Source of the DNA: Girardia tigrina | Taxonomy: Eukaryota | Direction: 5' to 3' | Length of the DNA: 64,000 nucleotides | Assembly (NCBI GenBank): GCA_001938485.1 | Contig: MQRK01233587.1 | Location: forward strand, 1 to 64,000 | Shown: positions 37,901 to 52,600 of the stretch, piece by piece | How the letters are laid out: each line of letters begins with the position of its first letter | How positions within the stretch are numbered: the stretch's first letter is position 1 | Program-made: the position numbers and the translations under genes | Notes under the pieces: generated by a model | What the model saw: only the letters and a program-made list of their open reading frames with translations | What the model was told of the DNA's origin: nothing | Databases searched by the model: none

Positions 37901-38545
37901 CATCCACCGCCGTTTGCAAAGCACTCACCAACTCGTAGATCTCTCGCTTTGAACCACCAGAAATCATCATTACTGATCAGGGCAGACAATTTCTCTCGAG
38001 CCAATTCAAAACCACATGTGAGAGATTCGGAATCGAACACAGGCAAACCACCGCATATCACCCTCAGTGTCAATGGGAAGATTGAGTGAATATACCGCTC
38101 TCTTAAAAATGCACTCAGAGCACACTGTGAAACATATGAACAGACGTTGGTGCGCGATCTACCGATCGTTCTACTCGGATTAAGAAACGCCACTATCCCT
38201 TGTTCAATGGTCTCTCCCGCACAACTCCTCTACGGTTCCTCCACCAGACTTCCAGGAGAGATCATCACAGACAACGAGAACCAGGAACTCTACACAGACG
38301 ACCACGTCACACGAGCTATAACCGAATTCGGTATTCCAATCGTAAACAAGCAGTTGGCCCGCAAGATCTTTCTACCACAGACTCTCAAAGACTGCAAACA
38401 CGTATGGATCAAGACCGATAACTCTTGCTCGCTGAAGCCATCATACGATGAACCTTATGAGGTACTCAGCAGATCATAAGACTTGAAAACCTTTGACCTA
38501 AAGATCGATGGTTGCACATAGAAGGTCTCAATAGACAGATTAAAG
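34990..38545 (+). mobile_element. Ty3/Gypsy (CsRn1-like) gag-pol internal region with many stops and frameshifts; no LTRs recognised
   Basis: Gag FRQVEAVF..TKF..LP, RPSE, CYYHRKFGHKAQKC; protease FLVNTGTDVS; RT LDLRKAFHQIP, FGLRNA, YIDD; RNase H TDAS, TDHKPL; integrase HMDIIGPLP, ITDQGRQF. Confidence 0.93.
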
Positions 38546-39551
38546 CCATCAGAATAGAATACTTTTATCCAAAACTCTTGACTTTTTTCCTCATATCACA
38601 AAGCATGGAAAAAAGAAAAGAAATGCTGGATGAATCCCAAACAAACTGTCCTTCAAGAAAAAATCCGAATAAATTTGAATTTTCTAATTTCCAGTAGCAA
38701 ACGAGCATACTCCGTTCCTAAATAATTTTACCATTGTGTATGAATAGTAACTTCTGTTTAAAAAAGGTTTCTATTTTGCCAAGTGTTTCAAAAAAGTGTT
38801 CCGATTGGATTTCCAAAAAGCGTTTACTAAAATAAGGCAATATTCAGTGTTTAGTTTGATAGAAACAGAGTCATTTACTTGAAAATAATCTCTATTGAGA
38901 TATGTTTTTTGATGGAAGAACAAAGGTAGCCCTCAACAGTTACTTCCATTTGGCTTGACTTTGTCTTACTTATACTGTCAAATGTGTCCTTTATAACCAC
39001 GGTGCATTTGTCGTTTTCTCAATTAATTGGTTAATCAGTATGGGATTGATCAAAATTGGTTTATTTTTACTTAATTTAATAAATAAATAAATTTCGAACG
39101 GATAACTCCTAATAGTGTCAGAGATAATACAGGAATAGTCACAGTGATACTATAGGAATAATATCATGAAAAAACACAAAATGTTTTTAATGATACTATT
39201 TGGAGGTTTAGTATTTAAAATAAAAATTGAACCATTAGAACTATTCAAAATTTAATGCATTTATTCATCAGTATAGAATTTATCTTAATCAAGAATTTCA
39301 ATTTTACTAACATATATTCCGCTTAATTCAACTGTTTCCCACAATTCACAAAACCATTTGCATAAATAAACTTTTACGATAAAATATTTAATAATAATAT
39401 TGGTTATTTACAAAAATGTTACTATTAGGATAGTGATAGTATTAAAAGTTATTGAAATAATGAGTAAAGATATTATTAGGGTTACTGATACTATTAAGAG
39501 TAATTCATTATTTCCGGAATTTTGGGAGAAAAATAGCTGGAAATTTATAGT

Positions 39552-39622
39552 TATATATATATATATATATATNNNNNNNNNNNNNNNNNNNNNNNNNNNN
39601 NNNNNNNNNNNNNNNNNNNNNN

Positions 39623-39675
<53 letters not shown>
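39552..39675. repeat. (AT)n microsatellite spanning an assembly gap; similar at about 32599-32692 and 56650-56785
   Basis: Directly visible. Confidence 0.95.
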
Positions 39676-39677
<2 letters not shown>

Positions 39678-40425
39678 CTTTATGTAATTTAAGTAAATTA
39701 AATTAAAATTTATTAAAATTAACCAAATAATGAAAGTGAATATATGTGTATATTTGTCTTAAATTAAGACTTGATAGATATTTTATTTTTTATACTTTTT
39801 GAAGATTAAAATTTATTACTGGAATATTAAAGATTGTAACCTCCGTGATTGTCGAATTATTCTCCTAGTGAGTATTTTTCGGGCGGATTTGTACATTACT
39901 GTATCTAACAGTTTAAAATAAATGATAAATTTACAAATTTGTTCTAAAATAATATTGTTGGACTCACATTCCATTTTGTATTAGAACATAATAGAAGTTT
40001 ATAAATATGTATGTAAATACTTCTCGTAAATGAGACTAATTGAAAGCGTTATATAATCGATCGCAGAAAACGGATAAACACCGGTGTGAGATATGTATAA
40101 AATATGCTAATGAATCTCGAAATAGTTAGATGCTGAATTTATTCCGACTGAATTAACGAAAATATGAAATAAAATAGTATCTAACACATGCATATAAAAT
40201 ATATTTAATTTAGAATGACCTAAAATATCCTAAAGAACTTTTGGTTCACTCTGATGATTTATATGAATTATTCAAAATTGTGAGTAAAACTCAAATTCAA
40301 ATATTTTAGAATTTAAATATCAACCAACTGTTAAATCAACACTGAATTTGAAACAATAAATAATAAATTATAATTATGATTTTGAAATAAAAACAGAAAC
40401 TTTCAAATAAGAAAATTCAGCTCTT

Positions 40426-40453
40426 CCGTCATATATGACGGGTCTTTTTCTAG
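40426..40453 (+). mobile_element. Helitron 3' terminus
   Basis: Perfect 16-bp palindrome CCGTCATATATGACGG, 8-nt spacer, CTAG followed by T. Confidence 0.65.
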
Positions 40454-40541
40454 TTATTAATATAATAATTAGACATATTATGTTAATATAATATTATTAG
40501 ATATATAATTGCAATATCAAAAGTTTGATTTCATAATTTTG

Positions 40542-41337
40542 TTTGGATTTATTTATCTTACTACATAAAGTGTATATATTTTATTTACGAGTATATTAAA
40601 ATGATCGAAGCTGATCAAGATCAAAACTTCTCTTCATAAATATTAATTGAGTTTAAATAAACTATAATTTGAATAAAATACTAAAAAATTTTGCCGACTT
40701 AACTATATTAATGGTTGTTAGCCTAAAACTTATGGATCTTCGATTTGACTGAGAGAACATCCGACTTGACCAAACGAAACCTTAACGAAACTTAAGAACT
40801 AATAGAAAATTATGTACACAAATTTGGTATTAAATTATATATATATATATGAATGTTTACTTTGATTAATTACTTCCGGATAGATTGGTTAAGATGAAAA
40901 TAAGTGAAGTGCTTTTATGTAAATCAATAATCGAGGTAAACAAGTTTTCGAATCTAAAATGACGTTCCATATTCTTCATATTATAAGAACTGTGGATTTA
41001 AAACTTATTTTATTCAAAACAAACATTCCATATCAATGTACTTAAAAGTTGTTCTTATTATTAAAGTGTGCTTTTGTAAGGCTTTTTTTTTGGATTTATT
41101 TATCTTACTACATAAAGTGTATATATTTTATTTACGAGTATATTAAAATGATCGAAGCTGATCAAGATCAAAACTTCTCTTCATAAATATTAATTGAGTT
41201 TAAATAAACTATAATTTGAATAAAATACTAAAAAATTTTGCCGACTTAACTATATTAATGGTTGTTAGCCTAAAACTTATGGATCTTCGATTTGACTGAG
41301 AGAACATCCGACTTGACCAAACGAAACCTTAACGAAA
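40542..41337. repeat. Pair of apparently identical 249-bp direct repeats (40542-40790 and 41089-41337)
   Basis: tttggatttatttatc...ccttaacgaaa read identical by eye; 298-bp spacer. Confidence 0.9.
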
Positions 41338-41697
41338 TTTTTTTATTCTATCTAGAAGATAAATATGGAGTTTCTTTGAGCAGTTATATTTTAATGATTT
41401 ATAAAATTACTTTTTTTTAACTTTCAGAAATACAAAAATAATAACAAAACTTTAAAAATTAAACAAAAGGATATTTAAAATTGAAAAACATTTAATTTCA
41501 TATTTTTCCTAAATCTTAATTGCTTTCGTCTTTTTGTCTCATTATTAACTTTTTTAGAAAAAAAATAATCGATAAATATCTCTTCCTAAAGATATTCGTC
41601 TAGCAGGCAATGTTTGACCTATATTACTCAAAATCACAGTTATTTAATTATATTTATAATAAAAATATTTACAAAATTACTTTACAAAACATTACTT

Positions 41698-42963
41698 AAG
41701 TAATGCGTTCAATAAATACCCGACCTAAAGAAAAAATTGAATAGCAAATTTCAGTTTTTTTACCTAATTAAATAAATTAATATGAGTTTTAATTAATTTA
41801 TTTTTTTATTTTATCAAACGCATTAAATTTTTTATTTTAACATTTTGAATTTTCGTCGGTGTGATGATTTCAGGCGTCAATTTCCCCGTGTTTTCAATTT
41901 TTTGTGTTACAGAAGAAGACGTGCAGTAAATCTACGATTGTTTGAAACTAACTTACCTATATGAATCCTCATCCATGACAACTGTTAAATATTGGATTTA
42001 AATATTGAGTTCAAAGGTGGTCGTCGTTCGGTTTTCAATCAAGAAAAATCATGTCGGCCACAAGAAATTTTCGACACAGTTGACGAAAAATCGTTGAAGA
42101 TGGTCGACACAGAGCAACTAATTACTATGAAAATGCTATCGACTAAGCTCAACATCGACGTTGGTACAGCTCACGTCAAATTAAAGTCTATTGGTATCAG
42201 AAAACTCTGCTCCAAATTTGTATCCAGCTTCTTGACTAGTGAAATTATGCGAAACTGCTTGAAGTGCAGTTAGGACAACTTGAACCTTTAAAACCATCAT
42301 GTTGAGACTTTCCTGAAAAATTTCATTACGGAGAATGAAACATCTTTCATTATTTATTTGCTGGAAACAAAGCGTGAGTCAGTATAGTAGAAACTGCCTT
42401 AAGAAAAAATATCTTTGAAGATGCGAACGGGGACAAATCATGAACGACCGATGATGCTTTCGTTTTTCTGGGATCATAAAGGTGTTATTCTCACGTTTTT
42501 CGGCAATAAAGACATCACTATCAACGCTGTCAATTACAGCCAACTCGAGGTAACTATCGGAAAGAATAAACGAGAGCAGTAGAACACGCCACTATGGTTT
42601 CTTTACAACAATGTGCCAGTACACACAGCGGGCATTTCTCGGGCAATAATAGAGCTTGTAGATTATTCCCTGTACAGCTCTAATTTTTTATCGAGTGATT
42701 TTTAAACACCTACGCAAGCATTTGAATGACATTCACAGACGATTTGAAGGTAGCCATGAAGGATTTCTTTGCTGTATTACTCCAAGAATTTTTCAAAAAG
42801 GTTTTATTCTGAGTTGATTATTCGTTCGCGGAAGAGTGTGGAGCGAAATTAACATTATGTTGAGAAATCATGCCTGTATACGTTACGCTAGCAGAATTAT
42901 GAAAATGGTACTTTATGGAATTCGTTTTCTTTGCCAAGTCAGGTACTCATTGAAAGCACCACA
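41698..42963 (+). mobile_element. Full-length degenerate mariner (about 1.27 kb)
   Basis: Imperfect TIRs tgcgttcaataaatacccgac / gtcaggtactcattgaaagca; FKGGRRSV, LCSKFVSSFLT, ITENET, FFWDHKGVI, NNVPVH, YSSNFLSSDF. Confidence 0.85.
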
Positions 42964-44559
42964 GATAGCTACATAGTAAAGTCTTAAGAAGTTAAAATTC
43001 TGTAAGATACATACTTACTTTGGAGGATTATTTTAAAAGATGAATTAATTTAATATTATAAGATCTTTACAAACACAGAGTTAATTCAAAAGTTGTCACA
43101 ACAACAATAAAAGGCTCTGCAAGTTGACGAAGCTCTTTTTAATGAAAACACTTTTTACCTTCACTAAACCATGGGCCATATAGGAGTTTTCATTTGAATG
43201 TTATCGGCACTAAGTTATTAAAAAATGTGTATGTGCATATTTCGAGTTTTTCATATATTTCAATTAAAAAATGTTATACAATTGTTCAAGTCATTTACAT
43301 TTATTAAATATTTGTCAAGTAAAATTTATATTCAACACAGTTTGTTACCAGAGCAGAATACTGAATCTCGTTGCCGATGATAATTTGGCCTCATAAAAGT
43401 AACTCATCCTCAATAAAATTCGTTTTCACTAAAATAATTGAATTTATATCTGAACCATTTTCCATTCCAACTTTAAGAATTACTGATTTCTTCAAACATA
43501 ATATTGTATGGAATGACAAAAGGATAAACGAATAAAATTAACGATGTTTGAATAAAAAAATATTAAAATTAATCATTAAGCTATTGGTAAAGTTATATAA
43601 ATACATTAAATTTATATTTCGTAAGATTATATATTTTGGCACAAAGAAAGCAACGGAGATTAACTCAGTTTAAAGTGAAATTGAAAGTGAAAGCTTTCAC
43701 TTGACATTTTTAATGAAAATATCTTAATGTGATTTAATTACTTTAACTATTATTAATATAATGACATAATATTTACTTTAAGTATTTACATGCTTTACTT
43801 AAGCTTATATTCGATAATAGTAATGACATACTTTATTTAACAATTAGTAATTAATCTTGTTATCAATCAAAAACAATTTAATTCAACGATGAATATATCG
43901 TAAAAATTGCATATTAATCTTTTAACCTGCAAAATTTACAATACATGATTATATTATTTTATAGACATGATACTTATATATTTCTTGATTAACATGATAA
44001 ATAAATTTGAAGTCGTGTTTTATAAATTCAAAATGACAATATTTTAATATCTCCTACCAAATGTCACATAGATTATTCTTCAATTGACGATAATTCCCTC
44101 GGTTAATCTCTTTTCATAATGAAAAATTATATTTAAAATATTTTAAGTTAAAGTCAATAGAAAATATTTAAATAATTGAACGACCAAATAAAACTCGCAA
44201 CTACATTCTACTAATTAACAATAAATAATCAAAAATCGTATGAATAATATTTAAAAATTGTCGAAAAAAAACGTTGCATTACTAAAAAAATTATTTGTAA
44301 TTTCCCAATAAAACTTTTCAAACAATAGCCAAAAGTTTTTTTAAATAATTTAAGTCGTTAATTACAAAATTATATAATTACAAAATATGATTAATAAAGT
44401 TTTATTTGGTTTTTTTTCAAAAAAAATCGGAATAATAATGACAAATTTAAATTTGTTTAAATGCATCTCTTCAAATTTAATCATTTTCAAAACGAATTTA
44501 AAATCTCAATGCATATAAAGTGAAAATCAGATTATTGTAATTATAATATTCAAATCAAA

Positions 44560-44584
44560 ATGAATATGGAAAAACCAAATCCAG
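44560..44584 (+). CDS. NTPDase (CD39/GDA1 family) coding exon 1
   Basis: AAAATG..CCAG|gttaat, MNMEKPNP; phase 1, compatible with the next exon. Confidence 0.6.
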
Positions 44585-44705
44585 GTTAATTAAATTTTTT
44601 TTCTTTATAAATTTGAAAAAAAATTAATTTTTCTTTTCGAATATGAATTATTTTTTTTATTGATCGTTAAATTTTTTCAAATTTTGAATTACTAATATTT
44701 TTTAG

Positions 44706-44878
44706 AACAGAATTCAGACAAAAAACTGACAAGCAATTCACTTTGTTTAGGGACTTTGATTTATATTTGGTATAACAAAAAACCTCAATTTATTATCAGT
44801 CTTTTGCTGATATTGATTTCTCTTGTCGTTATTATTGTATTTCTCGCATTGCAACTGAATCTCATTTATTCATTCAAT
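44706..44878 (+). CDS. NTPDase coding exon 2 (N-terminal transmembrane helix)
   Basis: ttttag|...AAT|gtaaga; open frame with FIISLLLILISLVVIIVFLAL; joins exon 3 in phase 0 across a 64-bp intron. Confidence 0.8.
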
Positions 44879-44942
44879 GTAAGACCGATTTTCTGTGGAC
44901 TTTGTCCCTTTATCGATGATGATTAAATGAGTTTTCTTTAAG

Positions 44943-45057
44943 TATGCAATCGTTATTGACGCTGGCTCGACCGGGACGAGAGCGTATCTCTATGAATGGT
45001 TAGACTCACCAGACACGGTCAATGACGACGTAAATGAGACCGCGTCTTGTAAAACAG
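44943..45057 (+). CDS. NTPDase coding exon 3 (apyrase conserved region 1)
   Basis: ttttctttaag|YAIVIDAGSTGTRAYLYEW...SCKT G|gt; DAGSTG is the ACR1 motif. Confidence 0.9.
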
Positions 45058-45299
45058 GTCTTTGTTGATTTTTTGTCATTTATTATCTTTAATATCTTTG
45101 CTGATAATTACTGTTATGTGTAAGGAATGAAAGGAAGTCGACGGGTTTCAAGATAATAATCTCATCAAAATAATAATTTGTGATAAAAATATTTTACCAA
45201 AAGATTATTGGATTAAAATGATTTTATTTTATTTGCCTTAAAACTTAAGCAAAAATACAAGAACAACAATCAATTGGCAGTTGGTTTACTCTATCGTTC

Positions 45300-46130
45300 C
45301 GTACTTTACAAGGTAAAGTAAATTGAGGAGATTACATCAAGTGTGAGAAGTTTCATCTCAAAGATGAGGGACTCAAGCACCTGATCAAGGGCGCTGCGTC
45401 CAAAGGACTGGATGAGGCGATCGAACAGAGAAGAGAGTATCCGAAAATGCTTCAGGCTCGAGAAAAGAGAGTACAATGTACTTTCTCTTCTTGCTTTAAA
45501 GACTTCGCAGAGCAGAAGGAATTAAGAAGGCACATAAAGAACGTGCATACGGTCATAACGAATCAGGGATGTGATGAAAGCGACAAATCTTTCCTATGCC
45601 CCATGGAAAATTGTTATAAGAGATATAAAACAGATGGATGGTTACAGCGACACTTATTATTATACCTCAGGTACCAATGAACTGCAGAATAACAGCAGTA
45701 ATGAAAGACGTGCAGACTCTATTATTGTTCCGACCGAGATACAAGATGTGACAGTGCTGTTCGACCGCACCACTGAAATAGACCAAGGAGTGATAACTCC
45801 GGAGGTTCGAGATTTTCGGCTAAGTAACATAACGGATAGAGGGGAATTCCGATGTCCCTTCCCCCGTTGTGTGAAGTGTGTATACACGGCTAAAGCTCTG
45901 CAGAACCATGACACTCTGTAGCACAACTGGTCTTTTCTGAGGGGGCTTAGTGCCCGTGCACTGAAAGCTCGCATTCCTGCATCCGAAGCCGTGCAAGGAA
46001 GTCAATGACTCTGTATTTGTGAGTGTAAACACTTTATAGTTTCGCCCGAGACAGAGCCAGCGGCTCACTACCCTGTACGCCAATGCTGCTTACGCAGTTA
46101 TCCGTCCAGTCGGGGAGGCTTTATTTTTTT
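45300..46130 (+). mobile_element. Three C2H2 zinc fingers, probable N-terminal relic of an RLE-type non-LTR element, downstream of NTPDase exon 3
   Basis: CTFSSCFKDF..LRRHIKNVH, CPMENCYKRY..WLQRHL, CPFPRCVK..ALQNH; frameshifted, intronless, GC-elevated; element assignment is inference. Confidence 0.5.
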
Positions 46131-46246
46131 TATCACAAAGATTAGCTTTTGGTTAACTGTCAGTTGTCACCTTTATGGTATGTCTTGTAAAATACAGAAC
46201 GATAGAGTTAACACACTGTTTTCTCGAATGGGAATCGATTGCTCCC

Positions 46247-46697
46247 TGTAGTGACCCAGTCAATTATTATATATAAATTATATATAGTAAATTATATATA
46301 TAAAAACAATCATTAATATTACTGCTTACAATTATACTGTATTGCTTGCGGGGCGTTTTCTTGTTAAATTGGTTCGTAAAGGAGTTTTCTACAAACTAAT
46401 TTATCAATATTCCCTCTGAAAGTGCTCCGCTTTATGTGATCTATTTTCTCAAAATCTCGTTGTGCAACCGAATGATTCTCTGACGTTTTCATCGATATTG
46501 TTACAACAGAAGATCGTTCATTTGAAACTTTTGAACAATAAACACTAATCGATATCGAGATTTATCCCTGCCGTTTTCTCTCTCTCGTATGTGATTTTTT
46601 TGTTATATATGTTTATTTATATTGTGTAAAATAAAAGTTCTATACATATTTATCTTTATTTTTTTGTTACGTTAAAGGAGTTCACTGAAACACGTTT
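46247..46697 (+). mobile_element. Second, 3'-clipped copy of the solo LTR at 11379
   Basis: Starts TGTAGTGACCCAGTCAATTATT and is colinear to ggagttcactgaaacacgtttt. Confidence 0.75.
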
Positions 46698-49600
46698 TTT
46701 AAATATTTGTTTAATTATTATCTCGAAAAGCATCGTCTTCTTTTTATCCCTTGTATACATATTTTACTTTGCGGTATTATGATTATAAATATTTTTTTCA
46801 AAAATAGTGAACAAAGAATCAGTATAACTGCATTAATTTATTATTAAATCACTACAGATTACAAAAGTTATGTTTCATTTTACAACATTGAACTTCTTCT
46901 GATGTTTGTTCAGATTTTATTTTATGTCTTAATTTAATCTATTAAAAATAATCTTAATTTATCTATTAAATTCTTTTCAATTCAATTTTGAAAATCTTGC
47001 AAATTTATTAAATAAATTTCACATTAAAACTAAAAAATTATTTAAAATTGTTTCATTACTTCTATTAAAATATATAAATTGTTATGACTAAAATATTTTT
47101 ATTTATAAATAAATATTTAATGGTTTTCTTATCATTTTTAATTTTAAGATATTTAATAGATACATTAAAAAGATATTTTTTATTTTTAAATAGATATTTA
47201 ATTGTTTTATGATTTTCTTTTATTATATCATTTTTAATTTTTTTTTAAATATTTAAAAAACACATTAAAAACATATTTTATTTTAAATACGTATTTGATT
47301 TATTAATAGTTGTTTTATTATATAATTATCAATTTTAAAATATTTAATAAGCAAATTAACATTAAAATATTTTACCTTTTAAATTAAAAAAATAATAAAT
47401 TATTCTGGCGAAATGAAAATTTAAATTAACCCCTCATAGTATCAATTTAGTTTTTTAATTTTTATGAATTACTTAATATTGTAATATTTCACTATTGCCG
47501 TGGACCAGTGCCATCTCAGGAGCAATTATCTAAACGGCCACCTACGGATGGTTGGTCTTCAACAATCTATTTATAAATATATTACTACATTATAATATAA
47601 ATACATAAATGATTAATATTAAGATTTTAAATATATAAAAATTAAATTACAATTAAAAACTTTACCGAACAACGATAATTAAAAATGTATCGTGAAATGA
47701 AAATTAAAACTTCTTACAATTTGTTATTATTCATCTGAACTATTCCGAATAACCCAACGAACAATTAACGACAAATCCCTCAAACTATTAACGAACAATT
47801 TTCTCGTTTGTACGAACTATATTTTAAGTAACTATATTATACTCTATTCAACTCATAACTCATCATTTCTCTTTTTATGTGATCACTTATACACATTCGT
47901 TTTATCTTTCCGTTAAAATTTTACTATTTAACATATTTTTTTAATTTATATTATTATACTAGAAGTGAATTATTTATAGTGAAGTGCTTAAATTATTTGC
48001 TATTGGGTTCACTTTTACTATAATATAAATATTTTGTCATTGTGAGGAATGTTTGAAACGTTTGATGTTTTGTGTTTGAATGTTGTGTTTTGATTTTCGA
48101 TTGTGAATCTCCTACCTAGAAAACAAATTAATATTTTAAATATTATAAAATGAAAGTAATTTAATATTAAAGTTACATATAATATTTAAATTTATTTTAA
48201 TTTTAACCAATAAAACTTGTAGTAAATATTTTTCAAATCTCAATATGGATCAGTTTATTGGATAAAAATTATTAATCAATTTTGTTCTGCAAACTTATGA
48301 TATTTTTTAATAATAAATAATAATATATTTTGCCTAGTCAACAAATTTTCGAAAAACATATTAGTGTTCTTAGTTATCTTTTCATTAAATTATTGTATGA
48401 TTGTAATTTAAAATAAATAATTATATAATTAAATTTTTAAAATTTATATATTTCCATGATTACTTTAAACATTTCTTTAATTTAATCAGAGTAGCTGTTT
48501 TTAGTTTTTTATTTATGTTACTTGTTCTCTTAATGGACCAAATATCTGAAGACATTCAATTTAGAATAAAGTATAGTTGTGTTCTCATAAATAATTTGAG
48601 TGACTTTTAATAATAATAACTTATAATAACTTTTAAAATATTTTTTAAATTTCAAAAAATTATAATTAATTCACATTTTTCATTGAAATTCAAATACAAT
48701 AATTTTAAATAGATTATCTTTGTCTGATTTTCTATCATGACGTTTATTAATTTATTACTATATGTTATAATAGTTATAACCTCATATATTTTACAATAGT
48801 TAAATTTTTTTAATTATTTAATTATTTCTATTGCTTCGTTAATATTTTTTAATTTTAAAATCAAAAGGTCAAATAATAACAATATTTTTAATATATTAAA
48901 AACAATGAGAGATTAAATATTTGAATATTTTTAAATATTTAACACCATAATCAAAATCGTTTTTTTAATTTATTACTATTTATGATTTATTCATATAATT
49001 ATTTTTATTTCATAATATATTATTTTTGGATTTGTTAAAGATTATTATTAGTTGTAATAACAATTAAAATGTCTTCTATATTTTAAATAAGAAAGTTATT
49101 TATAAATTGTAAATTCTTTTAATTACTTAATTTTGTATTATCATTTAATTCTTTGATTTTTTAAAATTTTTATTAATTTATTACTATTTTTGGTATTTTT
49201 ATTATAATTAATATAATCGGTTGTATCTCTTTTGAAGCATATCATAGAATTCGAATTTTTAAAATTTCTAGATACTTTTTATCCTCATTTCTTATAATTA
49301 TTTATTTATTTTTTTTGTAAAATATAATTTTTATTTATTATAATTATTTCTATTTATTATTTTTTCATTGATTTCTTATTGTTTTTTATTTATTAATAAT
49401 AAACAAATAGTATTTGTATTATTTTTAAAATCATCATCTCTGTTATTTACTACAATATTTCATAAATTAGAAATCGAAAATAAAATTTCTTTTAAAGAAA
49501 TTAAAATTTATAAATAAAAGGATTTAAGAAAATTTTTTTATATTTTAGTCTTTGATTCATTATTAATAATTTTTACTTTTAATTAGACTCTTAAACACGT

Positions 49601-52600
49601 CTTTTATCAATTTTTTCAGCTTATTAGTTCATCTAATTTTTCATTTTTTATAAAAATATTTAAATTCTTATGTACTAAATTAAGTTTAATGTAAAAGAGA
49701 AGAAAGATTCAAATGATATTTTCTAAATTTGGGGCTCCTTCAACACGACACTGAAAGAATAAATTATGATTCTGCAGCTTTACGCATTGGATATTGTGGA
49801 ATATTCTTTGTGTTTCACTGATCAATTATCCACCTAATTTACAAACCTCTGACAATCACTTGAAACCAAATATTTGCTTCTATTAACTTATCGAATGTCA
49901 CAATTTGATTTGTGATATTCTAGAAAATAGACATTTCTAAAATTTTATTCATTGAATGTTTTTGGACATCTTTGATAAACTAAAATCGAATAAGTACAGA
50001 AATTTGATTATTTTTCCTATCCAATAAATGAAAAATGCGTTTCTTAAATTAGAACTGTCAAACTTGAACTAATAATGAATACACTCATATTTTATCAATT
50101 TTTAGGAACTAAAAATGAATGAAACGATTTAACTCATACATTATAAAATAGAGGATTGAGCATTATATTTATATTTATATAAATATATCTATAATAATAT
50201 CAAATAAGGATTTCTCTTCTGAGGTTACCATACATTCAGAGTGTAAAGTTTTAAATGTTATTATTTATCAATATTTTTAAGATTTTGAATTGTATTTCGT
50301 CAAATGCCAGTGTCCTGCTCATGTTGTCTGGTTGACTTTAATTATTATATCAAACATTATCATGTCTTTAATCTATCTTTCTGTCGATTTAATATAAATC
50401 CCTTTGGGATACTTGTTTAGGTCTTAATCATAATGAATCGATTTTATATAATTTATATTCGAAAAGATGTGTCAGTAAAAAAGAATATTCTCTGTAGTAA
50501 TTTTTTCCGCGAGAAATATTTTCATTAAAGAATTTTACAATTCTTCGATGATAGCCGAACTTTAATTTAATTTGTCATTAATAGTATTAATTTATTTTTT
50601 ACATTAAAAATGATGCAATTATAATGACATTTGTTTTCATTCATAATATTATTAACAATAATTTTGTATAATATCACAGCTACTGTGGCATGGTACTTCT
50701 TTGAAAATATGATCGGAACATGTGACATTTGGATTTATTAATATTAATACATTCAAAATTAATTAAACTCATTGAGAAGGCACTTGTTATATTAAAGATT
50801 AAATGAAATATACATTGATATTTACGTTTTCATTTAACTCAGTGATTCCCACAAAATTTCGTTTGTCCACATTTTACCCTATCAAAATTCAGCGAAAAAT
50901 ATGTTTATACTTTCGATATAATTAATAAAGAAATTTAGCCTAATGTTAAATTTAAGTAGTCTAGTTATTTGAATGAAGTCTAGGTTCTTAATATCCCAAC
51001 GGCATATCAATGCGAACATCATTTTCAGCTATTGCGGCTTCGAAAAAAACATTGTAAATAAGCTCGCAGTTGAAAGCACTTTACGCGTTTCTCTCTTGTC
51101 AGAGGAATCCAATTTTAATTATCATTTAAAAAAATAATGCAATTTAATTTTTTTTTCAACTTTTCTTTCACAATGGAGCTATGCTTGTTCTAATGATTTA
51201 TAAGTTTTCTATGTCCCCATTTTGGAAACACTATATTAATCCTTTTAAAGGAAACAAAAATGATTCTTGTTGTTAATAATGGTTGACAAACCGTAATAAG
51301 AGATGAACAAAGCTTATTATAAAATTTTATCAATTTGAAATTAATTATTCATTGTCAACATCAAAAATAGTATATATCATCATTTATTTGAATTAAGAGT
51401 TCGTGAATGCTTGAATGCATGTATCAGACAGAAACAGTGTAAGAAAATATTAATACTGTTTTATTCTCTTTATTATTTTATCCGGTCTTATACAAAATTA
51501 AAATTTTCAAGAACAAAATGGTATATTTAAAGATTAATAGACTTTTACTACCATAAATGGAAAATGTGGAATTTGCGCTTATTCAAAAAAAGTATTATTT
51601 TTTCTGATAAAACAATTGTAATGGAACAGAAAATAAATGAAATAAATTCAATTCAGTTCAAAATTAATGATATAATTAATTTATATTATATAATAATAGT
51701 ATATAATTATATTATATTATATTATTAATTTATATTAGACTGTCCTGTATAATTGCATGTTTAAACAAATACCTTTATTTCATATATTTGGAATTTACTT
51801 CTTTTAATAATCAAACATTCATTAAAAACATGTGAATCATTAGTTTTACTCTTGCATATCGATGAGTTTGTAGTTTACAAATAGATTGAATGAGACTTCA
51901 CAGCCTCATTTTGAGCAAAAACATTTTTTGTGTTTATACAAACTTTAGTTTAAAGATTAGTTAAGTCTTACATGTTTCTCCTTAATAATAAATACTCTTT
52001 AAATACAATTCTAAACTGTAACAAATTATTCATGAATTTTAGAATTGTGACATAGATCGTCCTGTTTCAATAACATTTTGTGTTTTGTCAACGAATTGAA
52101 TCGGATAGAGCAACAATTAAATACGATAAATTATTTTATTAACAACATACGTTTGAAAAGATATTCTTAAGATTAACGTAGTCAAAATGAACGAATAAAT
52201 GTCAATCAAAACGTAATAACAGTTCTTCACATGTGATGCATCCATTTACTTTTCCTATTACTTAATTGTGCATGGTAATGAAATATGACGGTTTCATATA
52301 AAGCTATAAGATAAAAACGTCTTTCTTTACTCGAAATGATAGTGTGACAACAACGTGTCTCAAAAGACACTAATAGTATTTCTTAATTTTATCAACTAAT
52401 ATTAGTTTTACAGGAGAAAAATAGACTTTGAACTACTTAAAATTTAAGATTGTGTAATGATTTCTTCAGGATGAATGATATTTAAAATTTACTTTTGGCC
52501 TATAACCTAGGTGTTTTACCAGATCTATAGTAACTTGCTTATAGGTCATTTATAATTATAAAACTAGTTTTAATAGGGCACGTCAATATGGCAAAATAAA

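Noticed and set aside
39400-39687. ORF with IY repeats (also 56600..56821)
   Set aside because: Translation of an (AT)n microsatellite across N gaps.
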